DNA of 64,000 nucleotides from the NCBI GenBank assembly GCA_963555825.3, contig CAUVXB020000001.1, forward strand, positions 640,001 through 704,000. The letters run 5' to 3'. Numbering within the stretch: position 1 is the first letter of the stretch; each line of letters opens with the position of its first letter. Below the pieces are notes generated by a model. It did not search any database. It worked only from the letters and a program-made list of their open reading frames with translations, and was not told the origin of the DNA. Below, one piece after another: positions 21,317 to 32,939 of the stretch. Both the position numbers and the translations under genes were made by a program. The stretch comes from Alphaproteobacteria bacterium. GTDB lineage: Bacteria; Pseudomonadota; Alphaproteobacteria; JAAXGF01.

Positions 21317-22143
21317 GCCAGCTTGATGCGCATATGCTCGCGGGCGACGATCGTGCCTTCCCATTCCAGGCGCGCGTTGGCCTCGACCCCGTCCATGAAA
21401 CGATCCTCGTGGTCGGGGTCGTGGTGAAAGATGGCGAGGCGTTTGACGTTGGCGGCCCGGCACAGGCGGATACCCTCCTGCCAAGTCGAATGGCCCCAGC
21501 CGATCTTGGCCGGGAACTCGTCGTCGGTGTAGGTCGAGTCGTAGACGACCAGGTCGGCGCCGTCGATCAGGCCGAGGATGTTCTCGTCCGGCTTGCCAAT
21601 GACGTGTTCGGTGTCGGTCACGTAGCAGAACGATTTGCCGGCGTACTCGATGCGGTAGCCGGTCGCGCCGTTCGGGTGGTTGAGCGGCGCGGTACGTATC
21701 TTGACCTCCGGATCGGCGGGCACGTCGAAGGCCTCACCGGCGCGGAAGTCCTCGAAACTGATGTGCGACAGCATGGCGCCGATTGGCACCGGGAACATTG
21801 GCTGCGACATCTGGCCCGCGAGCACCTCCTGGATGCCTTCGCGGTCGGCGAGATGCCCGGCCATGATTTTGAACGAATAGCCATCCTGGAAGGCAGGCAC
21901 GAAGAACGGGAAACCGTTGATGTGGTCCCAGTGGGTGTGCGACAAGAGGATCGTCGCGCGATGGACGTCCTTGCGCAGGAACCAAGTGCCGAGGCTGCGG
22001 ATGCCGGTGCCGGCGTCCAGGATGATCTTCGTCCCGCCCACCGAGACCTCGATGCAGCTTGTATTGCCGCCAAAGGCGAGGTGGTTCGCCGTCGGGCAGG
22101 CGATGCTGCCCCGAACCCCCCAAAACTTTACTTTGAAACCCAT
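21313..22143 (-). CDS. MBL-fold metallo-hydrolase
   Basis: FWGVRGS, GGNTSC, DAGTG, HTHWDH, FHHDP. Confidence 0.9.
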   Translation of the reverse strand: MGFKVKFWGVRGSIACPTANHLAFGGNTSCIEVSVGGTKIILDAGTGIRSLGTWFLRKDVHRATILLSHTHWDHINGFPFFVPAFQDGYSFKIMAGHLADREGIQEVLAGQMSQPMFPVPIGAMLSHISFEDFRAGEAFDVPADPEVKIRTAPLNHPNGATGYRIEYAGKSFCYVTDTEHVIGKPDENILGLIDGADLVVYDSTYTDDEFPAKIGWGHSTWQEGIRLCRAANVKRLAIFHHDPDHEDRFMDGVEANARLEWEGTIVAREHMRIKLA

Positions 22144-22418
22144 CGACTGCCGATGCTTTACCCGCCCCCAATGGGTTCTTATATCGCCGTTTTATTGTCA
22201 TGTGTCAAATTTGCAGGTGGATCGGCGTACCGCGCGCTGCGATGCTTGAAAGCGATGTCCACGCTGGAAATTTACGGTATCGCGGTCGAATTCAGTGAAC
22301 GGCCGCGTTTTGCGCTTGCAGCTTGCGACCGACGAACGCAAGAATTCACCGGAGACCCTCGTCTGTTGAAGCAGTCTCAGGTTTCAGTCCAACTTCGACA
22401 CGAAAGACAGATCGCGCC

Positions 22419-23948
22419 ATGAGCAAACCGCGCAACGTCCTCTTCATCACGCCGGACCAGTGGCGCGCCGACTGCCTGTCGACGCTCGGCCACCCGACGA
22501 TAAAGACGCCCAATTTCGACGCGCTCGCCGCCGATGGCGTGCTGTTCCGCAACCACTTCGCGCAGTGCTCGCCCTGCGGGCCGAGTCGCACGTCGCTGCT
22601 CACCGGCATGTACATGATGAACACCCGCTCGGTGCGCAACGGCACACCGCTCGATGCGCGGTTTACCAATATCGCCCTCGAGCTGCGTGGCGCCGGCTAT
22701 GACCCGGCGGTCATCGGCTACACCGACACCAGCGTCGATCCGAGGCTCTATGGTCCCGACGATCCGGCCCTGACGAACGGCTATGAGGGCCTGCTGCCGG
22801 GCTTCAGGCCGATTGCCCTGCTGCCGACCGATCCCGTGGTGTGGGTCGAATATCTGCGCGAACTCGGCTATGACGTCCCCGAACGCCCGTTCGATGTCTT
22901 TAAACCCAAGGACGGCCATGAGGCGCTCGGCGGCTTCGGCCCGTTCGACGCGCCAGCCATCTATCGCGCCGAGCACAGCGACACCGCGTTCTGCACCGAC
23001 CTGGCGATCGACCATATCGCGCGCGAGGGCGGGACGCCGTGGTTCCTGCACCTCGTCTACCTCAAGCCGCACCCGCCGTACATCGTGCCTGAGCCGTACA
23101 ACCGCATGTATGACCCCGCCGGCGGCCCGCCGTTCCGTCGCGCGGCCTCGCCCGAGGAAGAGGCCGCGCAGCATCCGTTCCTGGCGGCGCGGGTCCACGG
23201 CCCACGCGGGGTCGGCGACATGGACGAGGCCGATCAACGGCAGCTGCGCGCGACGTACTACGGCATGATTACCGAGGTCGACGACAACATCGGCCGGCTG
23301 GTCGCCTTCCTCAAGGAGAGCGGCCGTTACGACGACACGCTGATCGTCGTGACCAGCGATCACGGCGACATGCTGGGCGACCATTGGATGACCAGCAAGG
23401 AGATCTATTTCGACCAGACCTTCCACGTGCCGCTGATCGTTCGCGCGCCCGGCGCGGCGATGGACGCCGGCCGCGGCCGGGTCGTCGAGGCCTTCACCGA
23501 GAACGTCGACCTCATGCCGACGTTCCTCGACGCGCTCGGCCTCGATGTGCCGGCGCAGTGCGACGGCGCCTCGCTCATGCCGTTTCTCGACGGCGGCGCG
23601 CCGGCGCGTTGGCGCGACGCGGCGCATTGGGAGTACGACTTCCGCGACGTCGCCGACGCGAGCCTCGAGAACCACCTCGACATCGCGTTCGACGAATGCC
23701 ATCTCGCGGTGATCCGGGACGCGCGCTACAAATACGTCCACTTCGCGGCCCTGCCGCCGCTGTTCTTCGACATCGCCAACGATCCCGACGAGCGCAACGA
23801 CCTGGCGGGCGATCCGGCCCATGCCGCGACCATGCTCGGCTATGCGCAGAGGATGCTGTCGTGGCGCATGGCCAACGTCGAGCGCACCCTGACGGGCATC
23901 CTGCTGACGCCCGAGGGGCCGATCGAGTTGGACCGTCCGCGCCGATGA
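22419..23948 (+). CDS. Sulfatase/alkaline phosphatase superfamily hydrolase (phosphonate monoester hydrolase-like)
   Basis: NVLFITPDQWR, formylglycine motif CGPSR, TSDHG. Confidence 0.85.
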   Translation: MSKPRNVLFITPDQWRADCLSTLGHPTIKTPNFDALAADGVLFRNHFAQCSPCGPSRTSLLTGMYMMNTRSVRNGTPLDARFTNIALELRGAGYDPAVIGYTDTSVDPRLYGPDDPALTNGYEGLLPGFRPIALLPTDPVVWVEYLRELGYDVPERPFDVFKPKDGHEALGGFGPFDAPAIYRAEHSDTAFCTDLAIDHIAREGGTPWFLHLVYLKPHPPYIVPEPYNRMYDPAGGPPFRRAASPEEEAAQHPFLAARVHGPRGVGDMDEADQRQLRATYYGMITEVDDNIGRLVAFLKESGRYDDTLIVVTSDHGDMLGDHWMTSKEIYFDQTFHVPLIVRAPGAAMDAGRGRVVEAFTENVDLMPTFLDALGLDVPAQCDGASLMPFLDGGAPARWRDAAHWEYDFRDVADASLENHLDIAFDECHLAVIRDARYKYVHFAALPPLFFDIANDPDERNDLAGDPAHAATMLGYAQRMLSWRMANVERTLTGILLTPEGPIELDRPRR

Positions 23949-26900
23949 CCGACGCCATGATCTTCGCCGGGCCGCAGCCGCCGCCCGATACGCTGCGCGT
24001 CGCGCTCCGCGAAGCCTACCGGGCGGACGAGACCGAGCTGGTGCGACGCCTGGTCGACGAGGCGCAGCTGCCGCACGACATCCTCGACCGGATCGCCCAG
24101 CGCGCCCGCGCGTTGGTCGTCGAGGTGCGCAACCAACGCCTTGGCCATGGCGGCCTCGACGCCTTTCTTCACGAGTATGGCCTGTCGAGCAGGGAGGGCG
24201 TGGTGTTGATGTGCCTCGCCGAGGCCATGCTGCGCATCCCCGACGCCGAGACCATCGACAAGCTGATCAAGGACAAGATCGCTGACGCCGATTGGGAGAC
24301 TCACCTGGGCCACAGCGATTCGATGTTCGTCAACGCCTCGACTTGGGCGTTGATGTTGACCGGCCGGGTGGTCGGCCTCGACGACAACGATACGCGCGAT
24401 TTCGTCGGCGCGCTGCGCCGCCTCGTCCACCGCTCGGGCGAGCCGGTGATCCGCAACGCGGTGATCCAGGCGATGCGCATCCTGGGCCGCCAGTTCGTCA
24501 TGGGCCGGACGGTCGACGAGGCACTCGAGCGGGCCCGCCCGTCGGAGCGCGAGGGCTACCGTTATTCATACGACATGCTCGGCGAAGCGGCGCGCACCAT
24601 GGCCGACGCCGACCGCTACTTCGAGTCGTACCAGCGCGCCATCGCGGCGATCGGCGGGGCTGGCCAGGGCCGCGGCGTGAACGATTCGCCGGGCATCTCG
24701 GTCAAGCTGTCGGCGCTGCATCCGCGCTATGAGTTCGGCCAGCACGCGCGTGTCGTTGGCGAGCTCGCGCCGCGGCTCAAGGCGCTGGCGCTGCTGGCCA
24801 AGACGGGCGATATCGGTTTCACCATCGACGCCGAGGAGGCCGACCGCCTCGACCTCTCGCTCGACGTCATCGAGGCGGTCGCGGGCGATCCCGACCTGGC
24901 CGGCTGGAACGGCCTCGGCGTCGTCGTTCAGGGCTATCAGAAGCGCGCCACCATGGTGCTCGATTGGCTCGCCGACGCGGCGCGCCGGCATGACCGGCGT
25001 TTCATGCTGCGCCTGGTCAAGGGCGCCTACTGGGATACCGAGATCAAGCGCAGTCAGGAACAAGGTCTCGAAGGCTATCCGGTGTTCACGCGCAAGGCCT
25101 CGACCGACGTCTCCTACCTCGCCTGCGCGCGGCGACTGTTCGCCGAACCGGGCGCCTTCTACCCGCAGTTCGCGACCCATAACGCCCACACGGTGGCCGC
25201 CGTCATGGAACTCGCCGGCGCAAGCCGTGATTTCGAGTTCCAACGCCTCCACGGCATGGGCGAGGCGCTCTATGCCCAGATCGTCGGCGCCGGCGACGAC
25301 GGGCTGCCGGTGCGTGTCTATGCGCCAGTCGGCAGCCACGAGGACCTGCTCGCCTATCTGGTGCGCCGCCTGCTGGAAAACGGCGCCAACAGCTCGTTCG
25401 TCAATCGCATCGTCGACGAGGCGCTACCGATCGACGAGATCATCGCCGATCCGGTCGCAAAGGTGCGCCGCATGGCGCAGATCCCGCACCGGCGGATCCC
25501 GCTACCGGTCGATCTCTACGGCGGCGACCGGCGCAACGCGGCCGGCATCGACCTGACCGATGCGCGCGCGCTGGCGCCGCTCGCCGAGGCGATGGCGCGG
25601 GCGGCGGCCGAGGGCTGGTCGGCGGGACCGATCATCGGCGGCGTTGCCGAGGCCGGCGTCGCGCTGCCGATTAGCGATCCGAGCGACCGTCGGCGTACCG
25701 TCGGCGCGGTCGTCCAGTCGACCGGCGCTCATGTCGAGAAGTCGCTGGTCCGCGCCCATCGCGCCGCGCCCGGCTGGGACGCGACACCGGCCGACGCGCG
25801 CGCCGCCTGCCTCGAACGCGCGGCGGATGCCATGGAAAGCGACCGCGCCAGCCTGATGGCGCTGTTCGTCCGCGAGGCCGGCAAGACGATCGCCGACGCC
25901 CAGGGCGAACTGCGAGAGGCGATCGATTTTTGCCGCTATTACGCGAACCGCGCGCGCACCGATTTCGGTGCGCCGGTCACATTGCCTGGCCCGACCGGCG
26001 AGAGCAACGAGATCGCGCTGCACGGTCGCGGCGTGTTTGTCTGCATCAGCCCGTGGAACTTCCCCTTCGCGATCTTCACCGGCCAGGTCGCCGCCGCGCT
26101 CGGCGCCGGCAACGCGGTCATCGCCAAGCCGGCCGAGCAGACGCCGCTCGCCGCCGCCGCCTCGGTGCGGCTGTTTCACCAGGCCGGCGCGCCGGGCGAT
26201 GTGCTGCACCTGTTGCCCGGCGACGGCGCCGAGATCGGCGGCGCGTTGGTCGCCGATGCGCGCGTCGCCGGCGTCTGCTTCACCGGCTCGACCGAGACCG
26301 CGCAGCTGATCAACCGCACGCTCGCCGGGCGCGACGGGCCGATCGTGCCGCTCATCGCCGAGACCGGTGGACAGAACGCGATGATCGTCGATTCGTCGGC
26401 GCTGCCCGAGCAGGTCGTCAACGACGTCGTCGTCTCGGCGTTCCAGAGCGCCGGGCAGCGTTGTTCGGCGCTGCGCGTCTTGTACCTGCAGAGCGACGTC
26501 GCCGAGCGCATCACCGGCATGCTCGCCGGCGCCATGAAAGAGCTGGCGGTTGGCGATCCGGCGCTGCTCGCGACCGACGTCGGCCCGGTGATCGACGGCG
26601 AAGCCAAGGCGCTGCTCGACGGCCACATCAAGCGCATGGAGAGCGAGGGCCGGCTGATCGCGCGCGCCGCGCTCGGCCCCGACACCCAGCACGGCACCTT
26701 CGTCGCGCCAGCCGCATTCGAGATCGATAGCCTGAAGCGCCTGCAGCGCGAGGTGTTCGGGCCGATCCTGCATGTCATTCGTTACGACGCCGACCGACTC
26801 GACGCCGTGCTCGACGACATCGACGCGACCGGCTACGGCCTGACGCTGGGCATTCACAGCCGCATCGACGACACCGCCGCGCATATCCACCGGCGGCTCA

Positions 26901-27109
26901 AGGTCGGTAACACCTACGTCAACCGCAACCAGATCGGCGCCATCGTCGGCGTCCAGCCGTTCGGCGGCGAGGGTCTCTCGGGCACCGGGCCGAAGGCGGG
27001 CGGGCCACACTACCTGCACCGCTTCGCGACCGAACGCACACTGTCGATCGACACCACCGCGGCCGGCGGCAACGCATCATTGCTGTCGTTGGAGGAGGGC
27101 GGCGGCTAA
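23945..27109 (+). CDS. putA: Bifunctional proline dehydrogenase / P5C dehydrogenase
   Basis: [44 protein letters not shown]; no N-terminal RHH domain apparent. Confidence 0.96.
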   Translation: MTDAMIFAGPQPPPDTLRVALREAYRADETELVRRLVDEAQLPHDILDRIAQRARALVVEVRNQRLGHGGLDAFLHEYGLSSREGVVLMCLAEAMLRIPDAETIDKLIKDKIADADWETHLGHSDSMFVNASTWALMLTGRVVGLDDNDTRDFVGALRRLVHRSGEPVIRNAVIQAMRILGRQFVMGRTVDEALERARPSEREGYRYSYDMLGEAARTMADADRYFESYQRAIAAIGGAGQGRGVNDSPGISVKLSALHPRYEFGQHARVVGELAPRLKALALLAKTGDIGFTIDAEEADRLDLSLDVIEAVAGDPDLAGWNGLGVVVQGYQKRATMVLDWLADAARRHDRRFMLRLVKGAYWDTEIKRSQEQGLEGYPVFTRKASTDVSYLACARRLFAEPGAFYPQFATHNAHTVAAVMELAGASRDFEFQRLHGMGEALYAQIVGAGDDGLPVRVYAPVGSHEDLLAYLVRRLLENGANSSFVNRIVDEALPIDEIIADPVAKVRRMAQIPHRRIPLPVDLYGGDRRNAAGIDLTDARALAPLAEAMARAAAEGWSAGPIIGGVAEAGVALPISDPSDRRRTVGAVVQSTGAHVEKSLVRAHRAAPGWDATPADARAACLERAADAMESDRASLMALFVREAGKTIADAQGELREAIDFCRYYANRARTDFGAPVTLPGPTGESNEIALHGRGVFVCISPWNFPFAIFTGQVAAALGAGNAVIAKPAEQTPLAAAASVRLFHQAGAPGDVLHLLPGDGAEIGGALVADARVAGVCFTGSTETAQLINRTLAGRDGPIVPLIAETGGQNAMIVDSSALPEQVVNDVVVSAFQSAGQRCSALRVLYLQSDVAERITGMLAGAMKELAVGDPALLATDVGPVIDGEAKALLDGHIKRMESEGRLIARAALGPDTQHGTFVAPAAFEIDSLKRLQREVFGPILHVIRYDADRLDAVLDDIDATGYGLTLGIHSRIDDTAAHIHRRLKVGNTYVNRNQIGAIVGVQPFGGEGLSGTGPKAGGPHYLHRFATERTLSIDTTAAGGNASLLSLEEGGG

Positions 27110-27140
27110 CGGCCGAGGCCGTCCGAGGCAGCCTGTGCCG

Positions 27141-28019
27141 TCAGTCTTCGAGGAAATCGAAGCGAAACGCGTCGCCCGCGGAAACGACTCGGCCGGCCGT
27201 CACGCCGGGGAAATGCGCCGGCACGACGACGATGTCGCTGTCGGCGACCGCGCCGAGGACGCGGCGACGGGTGCGCGCCGAGGCCGCCGGGTCCCAGCAG
27301 AAGCGCGTCGACCAGTCGGGCTCGAGGCATTGCACCGCGTGGTGCATCACGTCCCCGGTGAAGATCGCCCGGGCGCCGTTCGAGCGCGCGTTGACGCAGA
27401 CGTGGCCCGGCGTGTGACCAGCCGACGGGGTCAGCCAGATCTCGTCGTCGAGCGCGAAGTCGTCGTCGACCAGCCGCGCCTGGCCGGCCTCGACGACCGG
27501 CAGGCACGATTGCGTCCACACCGCGCCCGGCGGGTCGGTGCCCTTGGCCGACTCGGCGGCCCAAGTTTCGTACTCGCGCCGGCCGAACAGGTACCTCGCG
27601 TTGGGGAAGGACGGCACCCAGCGGCTGTCGACCAGCCGCGTGTTCCAACCGACGTGGTCGAAGTGCAGATGGGTGCAGAGGACGTAGTCGACGTCCTCGA
27701 AGCCGAGGCCCTCGGCGGCGAGTCCGTCGAGCCACGGCTGCTTCGGATAGTCGAAGGCCGGGCCCATGCCGTGATCCTTGTCGTCGCCGCAGCAGGTGTC
27801 GATCAGGATGACGTGGTGCCGCGTCCTGACGATAAAGGACTGGTAAGTGATGACGAGCATGTCCCGGTCGCGGTCGTAGACGAACGGGTCGAGCTCGGCG
27901 AGCCGCGCCTGGATCAACGCCGGGTCGACATCGGGAAAATAGCCCGTTGGATGACGCCACGGGCCGTCGCGCTCGATGATGCTCGAGACCCGGATATCGC
28001 CGACCGAGATCGGCTTCAT
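27141..28019 (-). CDS. MBL-fold metallo-hydrolase
   Basis: THLHFDHVGWN, GHTPGH, GDVMH, AHF; ATGA overlap with Fe-ADH. Confidence 0.88.
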   Translation of the reverse strand: MKPISVGDIRVSSIIERDGPWRHPTGYFPDVDPALIQARLAELDPFVYDRDRDMLVITYQSFIVRTRHHVILIDTCCGDDKDHGMGPAFDYPKQPWLDGLAAEGLGFEDVDYVLCTHLHFDHVGWNTRLVDSRWVPSFPNARYLFGRREYETWAAESAKGTDPPGAVWTQSCLPVVEAGQARLVDDDFALDDEIWLTPSAGHTPGHVCVNARSNGARAIFTGDVMHHAVQCLEPDWSTRFCWDPAASARTRRRVLGAVADSDIVVVPAHFPGVTAGRVVSAGDAFRFDFLED

Positions 28020-29197
28020 ACGGTCAGCTCGCCGCTCACCGACATTTCGAACATGCGGCGCAGCTCGGGCTCGCCGACCGGCACCGGGTTGCCGCCGCAG
28101 GAGGGATCGATCGCCGCCATCGGCGTCAGCTCGTCGATGTGTTCGGCGCGAATGCCAAGCTCGGCGAGCGTCGGCGCGATGTCGAGCTCGGCGCGCAGCG
28201 CCAGCACCCAATCTTGCACCGCGTCGAACGACGGGTTGGGCAGATCGAGATAGCGCGCCAGCGCGGTCATGCGCTGCTCGATCGCCGAGCGGTTGAAGGC
28301 CAGCACATAGGGCATGATGACCGCGTTGGTCAGGCCGTGATGGGTGTCGTGCACCGCGCCGCACGGATGGCTCAGCGCGTGGATCGCGCCGAGGCCTTTC
28401 TGGAACGCGGTCGCGCCCATGGTCGCGGCCGCCAGCATATGGGCGCGGGCAACGAGGTTGCCGCCGTCGGCGACCGCGGCGGGCAGCCATTCCTTGACCA
28501 GACGCATGCCCTCGAGCGCGATGCCCTGCGCCATCGGGTGGAAATGCGGCGAGCAGAAGGCCTCGAGGTTGTGCGCCAGCGCGTCCATGCCGGTCCAGGC
28601 GGTGATGTTCTTGGGCAGCCCGAGCGTGAGTTCGGGATCGGCGATGACGATGCCGGGCATCATGTTGGGGTGGAAGATGATCTTCTTGAGATGGCTTTCC
28701 TGGTCGGTGATGACCGAGGCGCGGCCGACCTCGGAACCGGTGCCCGCCGTGGTCGGCACCGCGACGACCGGCGCCATGCCGAAGACGTTGACCCGGGTTG
28801 ACCAGTCCTCGCGATCCTCGAAGTCCCAGATCGGCCGATCCTGGCCGACCATCAGGGCGATCGCCTTGGCGGCGTCGAGCGCGCTGCCGCCGCCGAAGGC
28901 GATGACGCCGTCGCAGCCGGTCGCGCGGTAGACCGCGACGCCGTCGTCGACGTTCTTGCCGACCGGGTTGCCCTTGATGTCGGAGAACAGGGCGGTCTCG
29001 AGCCCGGCCGCCAGGTTGGCGGCGCGCGCGGCCTCGATCATCGGCAGCTTCGCGAGACCGGGATCGGTGACCAACAGCGGCCGCGTCATGCCGAGTTCGG
29101 TGCAGGCGTCGGCGAGCTCGGCGATGCGTCCCGGCCCGAAGCGCATCAGCGTCGGGAAGTTCCAGTTGCCGCGCAGCGTCTGTGGATCGATGGTCAT
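28016..29197 (-). CDS. Iron-containing alcohol dehydrogenase
   Basis: GGGSALD, PTTAGTGSE, DALAH, HHG. Confidence 0.93.
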   Translation of the reverse strand: MTIDPQTLRGNWNFPTLMRFGPGRIAELADACTELGMTRPLLVTDPGLAKLPMIEAARAANLAAGLETALFSDIKGNPVGKNVDDGVAVYRATGCDGVIAFGGGSALDAAKAIALMVGQDRPIWDFEDREDWSTRVNVFGMAPVVAVPTTAGTGSEVGRASVITDQESHLKKIIFHPNMMPGIVIADPELTLGLPKNITAWTGMDALAHNLEAFCSPHFHPMAQGIALEGMRLVKEWLPAAVADGGNLVARAHMLAAATMGATAFQKGLGAIHALSHPCGAVHDTHHGLTNAVIMPYVLAFNRSAIEQRMTALARYLDLPNPSFDAVQDWVLALRAELDIAPTLAELGIRAEHIDELTPMAAIDPSCGGNPVPVGEPELRRMFEMSVSGELTV

Positions 29198-29237
29198 CGG
29201 CGTGAAGTCCTCGGAGTCAATCTACATGGCGGTGCGC

Positions 29238-30629
29238 CTATACGGCGGTTCGCAGGTGGAATGATTTCGGTCGCGTCAGGTAGTCGTAGCCGAGCGCCGA
29301 CAGGCTGCAGCCGCGCCCCGAATCCTTGACGCCGACCCAGGCGAGCGCCGGATCGAGATAATCGCAGCGGTTCATGAACCAGGTGCCGGTGTCGATGCGG
29401 TCGCCGATGTCGATCGCCGCCTCGACGTCGGACGTGAAGATCGCGGCGGTCAGGCCAAAGCTGCTGTCGTTCATCAGCGCGATCGCGTCTTCGTCGGACG
29501 CGACCTTCATGATGCCGAGCGCGGGGCCGAAGGTTTCCTCGCGCATCAACGCCATCGAATGGTCGACGTCGACCAGCAGTTGCGGCGCCCGGTACGGACC
29601 GTCGCCGGTGTCGGCGGCGAACCGGCTCTCGTCGATCAACGCCCGGGCGCCCTTCGACACGGCTTCGCCGACCTGTTGCCGCACCGTCGTCGCTGCGCTC
29701 GCCCGCACCAACGGCCCAAGCGTCGTCGCGGCATCGAGCGGGCTGCCGAGCTGGTAGCCACCGACCAGCGCGGCGGCGCCCTCGACGAAGGCGTCGTAGA
29801 CATCGGCGTGGACATAGGCGCGCTCGATCCCGCAACACGACTGGCCGGCGTTGAAGAAGGCGCCGTCGACCACCGTGTCGATGGCATGCGCCAGATCGGC
29901 GTCGGCGCGCACATAGGCCGGGTCCTTGCCGCCGAGCTCGAGACCGGTCGCGATGAAGCGTTCGCTGGCGGCCCGCTGCACGGCGTGGCCGCCCTCGACC
30001 GAACCGGTGAAGGCGACGAAGGCGACGCGCGGATCGCCGACCACCTGCGCGACGCCGGCGTGGCTCATGTGCAGATACTGGAACACGCCCTCTGGCAGGC
30101 CGGCGGCGGCGAAGGCCTCGGCGAACCGCTCGGCGCACAGCGGTGTCTGCGCCGAATGCTTGAGCACGACGGCGTTGCCCGCCATCAGCGCGGGGACGAC
30201 GGCGTTGACCGCGGTGAGGTACGGATAGTTCCACGGCGCCACCACGAACACGACGCCGAGCGGCTCGTGCCGGATGAAGCGCGTGAAGCCTTCCTTCCGC
30301 CCGACGTCGACGTCGGCGAGCGCCGCGTCGGCGGCGGCGATCATATGGCGTGCGCGTTCCTCGAAACCGGCGACCTCGCCGGGCGCATGCGAGACGGGCC
30401 GGCCCATCTGCCAGCTCAGCTCCCCGGCGATCGCGTCGCGCTTGGCGACGAAGGCGTCGACCGCACGGCCGAGCAGGGCGGCACGCTCGCTCAACGGCGT
30501 CCGTTTCCATGCCGCCTGCGCGCTCACGGCGGCGCTCAACGTGCGATCGATCTCGCCCGATCCGGCGAGCGGCCGCTCGACATAGACGCTGCCGTCGACC
30601 GGCGAGATGGTCTTGAGGGTATCGGTCAT
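29238..30629 (-). CDS. Aldehyde dehydrogenase
   Basis: PWNYP, FTGS, LELGGKD, NAGQSC, EETFGP. Confidence 0.94.
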   Translation of the reverse strand: MTDTLKTISPVDGSVYVERPLAGSGEIDRTLSAAVSAQAAWKRTPLSERAALLGRAVDAFVAKRDAIAGELSWQMGRPVSHAPGEVAGFEERARHMIAAADAALADVDVGRKEGFTRFIRHEPLGVVFVVAPWNYPYLTAVNAVVPALMAGNAVVLKHSAQTPLCAERFAEAFAAAGLPEGVFQYLHMSHAGVAQVVGDPRVAFVAFTGSVEGGHAVQRAASERFIATGLELGGKDPAYVRADADLAHAIDTVVDGAFFNAGQSCCGIERAYVHADVYDAFVEGAAALVGGYQLGSPLDAATTLGPLVRASAATTVRQQVGEAVSKGARALIDESRFAADTGDGPYRAPQLLVDVDHSMALMREETFGPALGIMKVASDEDAIALMNDSSFGLTAAIFTSDVEAAIDIGDRIDTGTWFMNRCDYLDPALAWVGVKDSGRGCSLSALGYDYLTRPKSFHLRTAV

Positions 30630-30713
30630 GATTGCGCGCTCCGCTTCGGTCTCGAGGGTCGGCTCAGCCGTCAGAGTATGCGGGCCTTTGCCGCAAGCCG
30701 AGCGGTTTTTTGA

Positions 30714-31580
30714 TCACGGGCCAAGCGTGATCGTCGTGGCGCGCAAGATGAAGCGGATCGGTAGCGGCGCATCGCCGGTCACGATGAGTTCGGAGGTGCC
30801 GTTATCGAGGTTCTGACGTTCGTTCCGGGGCAGCCGGTCGCGCGTGTCTGCGTCGAGGAGTGGAACGAGCCGGGCCTCGAAGACGAAGGCCTCGTCGACC
30901 ATGACGTTCGCGTCGGCGCCGCCGAGCGCGAGGCGATGATAGGCGGCGGCTAGTGCCTTGGCGTCGAGCGAGAGCGCCGTGTCGCGGAGACCGCCGGTCA
31001 GGCGCAGCGTGGCCGCGCCCTCGGCCAGGACTTTCTTGTAGAGCGATTCGCGCACCAGCCATTCGAGCCGGTGATCGCCGGCGTTGGTTCCGCTGATGCG
31101 CAGCGTCACGGCAATGACGCCCTGGCCGTCCTGGCGGCGTACCTCGATGGCGTCGATGTTCTGGCGAGCGGCCAGAAACTCGGCGAACCAGATGCTCTGC
31201 GCGATGCCCAATTCCCGCGCTGCGTCCTGTTGGCGGTGGTTGGCGACGACGGCGCCGGCCAGCATGACGTCGAACAGCACGCCGGCGGCGAGCAGCAGAT
31301 ACGCGAACCTGCGTTGACGCGTGACCGCCTCGGGCGCCGCGTTCTCGTGGCGCCGGCCATAGCGCGCGGCGACAAATGTCGCGGCCGACCAGACGATGAC
31401 CCCGCCGAGCACACCGGCGCCCGGAATGACCCAGGCGATGAATGACGGCCAAGTATCATCGCCGAAAATGAAAAGCCACGACACGCCGGCGCCGACGATG
31501 ACGACGCCGTACGCCGCGAGCACGCCGAGACCGACGCCGATCAAGGCGCCGACCAGCGCGTACAGGGTTCTCAGCCGCAC
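30714..31580 (-). CDS. Hypothetical membrane protein
   Basis: GTG at 31580 with ggag upstream; about 3 TM segments then a soluble domain. Confidence 0.6.
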   Translation of the reverse strand: MRLRTLYALVGALIGVGLGVLAAYGVVIVGAGVSWLFIFGDDTWPSFIAWVIPGAGVLGGVIVWSAATFVAARYGRRHENAAPEAVTRQRRFAYLLLAAGVLFDVMLAGAVVANHRQQDAARELGIAQSIWFAEFLAARQNIDAIEVRRQDGQGVIAVTLRISGTNAGDHRLEWLVRESLYKKVLAEGAATLRLTGGLRDTALSLDAKALAAAYHRLALGGADANVMVDEAFVFEARLVPLLDADTRDRLPRNERQNLDNGTSELIVTGDAPLPIRFILRATTITLGP

Positions 31581-31731
31581 GGTCCGTTCGCTCCGCCGGC
31601 CACGGTTTCGAGACGCCACGACACGCGTCGATTTTCGAGGAATTCGGCCGGCTTGGCAATGCGGCGCAGAGGAGCCATGCACGACGTTGAATTCACTGGC
31701 CCGAAACGGCGTATGGAGTATTAGTGGGCCC

Positions 31732-32658
31732 ATGTCTGCGCGACCCTTGATCATCGATTGCGACCCCGGGCAGGACGACGCGGTGGCGCTGCTGCTCGCC
31801 TTCGCCTCGCCCGAGTTGGACGTGCGGGCCGTGACCGCGGTGGCGGGCAACGTGCCACTCGAGCTGACCGCGGCAAACGCGCTGCGCATCTGCGAACTCG
31901 CCGGGCGCGCCGACGTGCCGGTCCATGCCGGTTGCGCGCGGCCGCTGCTGGCGCCACTCGAGACCGCCGAGCACGTGCATGGCGAGAGCGGGCTCGCCGG
32001 CGCCGATCTGCCCGAGGCGGCGGCGCCGCTCGCGCCGGGCCACGCGGTCGATGTGATGATCGAGCGCGTGCTGGCGGCGCCCGGCGAAGTCACGATCGCG
32101 GCGCTGGGGCCGCTGACCAACCTCGCCTTGGCGATCGTCAAGGAGCCCCGGTTCGCGCCGGCGATCGGCGAGATCGTCTTAATGGGCGGCGCAATCGAAG
32201 GCGGCAACGTAACGCCGCATGCCGAATTCAACGTCTATGTCGACCCGCACGCCGCGGCGATCGTGTTTGGCGCCAGGGCGCCGCTCACCATGATCGGTCT
32301 CGACGTCACGCGCCGCGCTGTCGCGACGGCCGAACGCGTGGCGGCGATCCGCGCGATCGGCACGCCGGCGGCCAATACCGTCTCAGGTATGTTGTCGCTT
32401 CACGTCGACGGTACCCCCGGCCCGACCGGCGAGGTCGGCGGCCTGGTCCACGACGCCTGCGTGAGCGGCTATCTTCTGCGCCCCGACCTCTTCACGGCGC
32501 GGCCGATGGCGATCGCCGTCGAGACGGCCGATCCAGAGACGCGTGGCAAGACTGTCGTCGATGCCGCCGGTGCGCCGGCCAACGCCGACGTCATTCTCGA
32601 CGTCGATGCCGACGGTTTCTTCGCTTTGTTGACCGAAAGACTCGCGACGCTGCCTTGA
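31732..32658 (+). CDS. Nucleoside hydrolase (IUNH family)
   Basis: DCDPGQDD, GPLTN, AEFN..DP, HD. Confidence 0.93.
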   Translation: MSARPLIIDCDPGQDDAVALLLAFASPELDVRAVTAVAGNVPLELTAANALRICELAGRADVPVHAGCARPLLAPLETAEHVHGESGLAGADLPEAAAPLAPGHAVDVMIERVLAAPGEVTIAALGPLTNLALAIVKEPRFAPAIGEIVLMGGAIEGGNVTPHAEFNVYVDPHAAAIVFGARAPLTMIGLDVTRRAVATAERVAAIRAIGTPAANTVSGMLSLHVDGTPGPTGEVGGLVHDACVSGYLLRPDLFTARPMAIAVETADPETRGKTVVDAAGAPANADVILDVDADGFFALLTERLATLP

Positions 32659-32711
32659 CCTCGCCGGTGATATGATAGTCGCGATTGTCTGACGGGATCG
32701 GGAGGCTTGGG

Positions 32712-32849
32712 ATGTATACGCTCGACTACGCGCCCGGAACGGCGGCGATGGTGCGCTGCGAGAACGCCGCGCGTCGCGTCGATCTGGTGGCCGGGCGCCC
32801 GGCGGTGCAGCGTATCCAGGAAGCCCACGGCCGCGCCGTGCCGACGTAA
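32712..32849 (+). pseudogene. 45-aa remnant of a glutathione S-transferase-like gene (N- and C-termini fused)
   Basis: RBS gggagg; MYTLDYAPGTAAMV resembles a GST start and DLVAGRPAVQRIQEAHG a GST end; below the ORF-track cutoff. Confidence 0.55.
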
Positions 32850-32939
32850 TCGGCCTGCCGCAACGCCGAATTCTGGATATCGTGAAACCGAGGCCCAATC
32901 TGAGTATCATGAACGACACGCGAAAACCCTGAACCGAAG

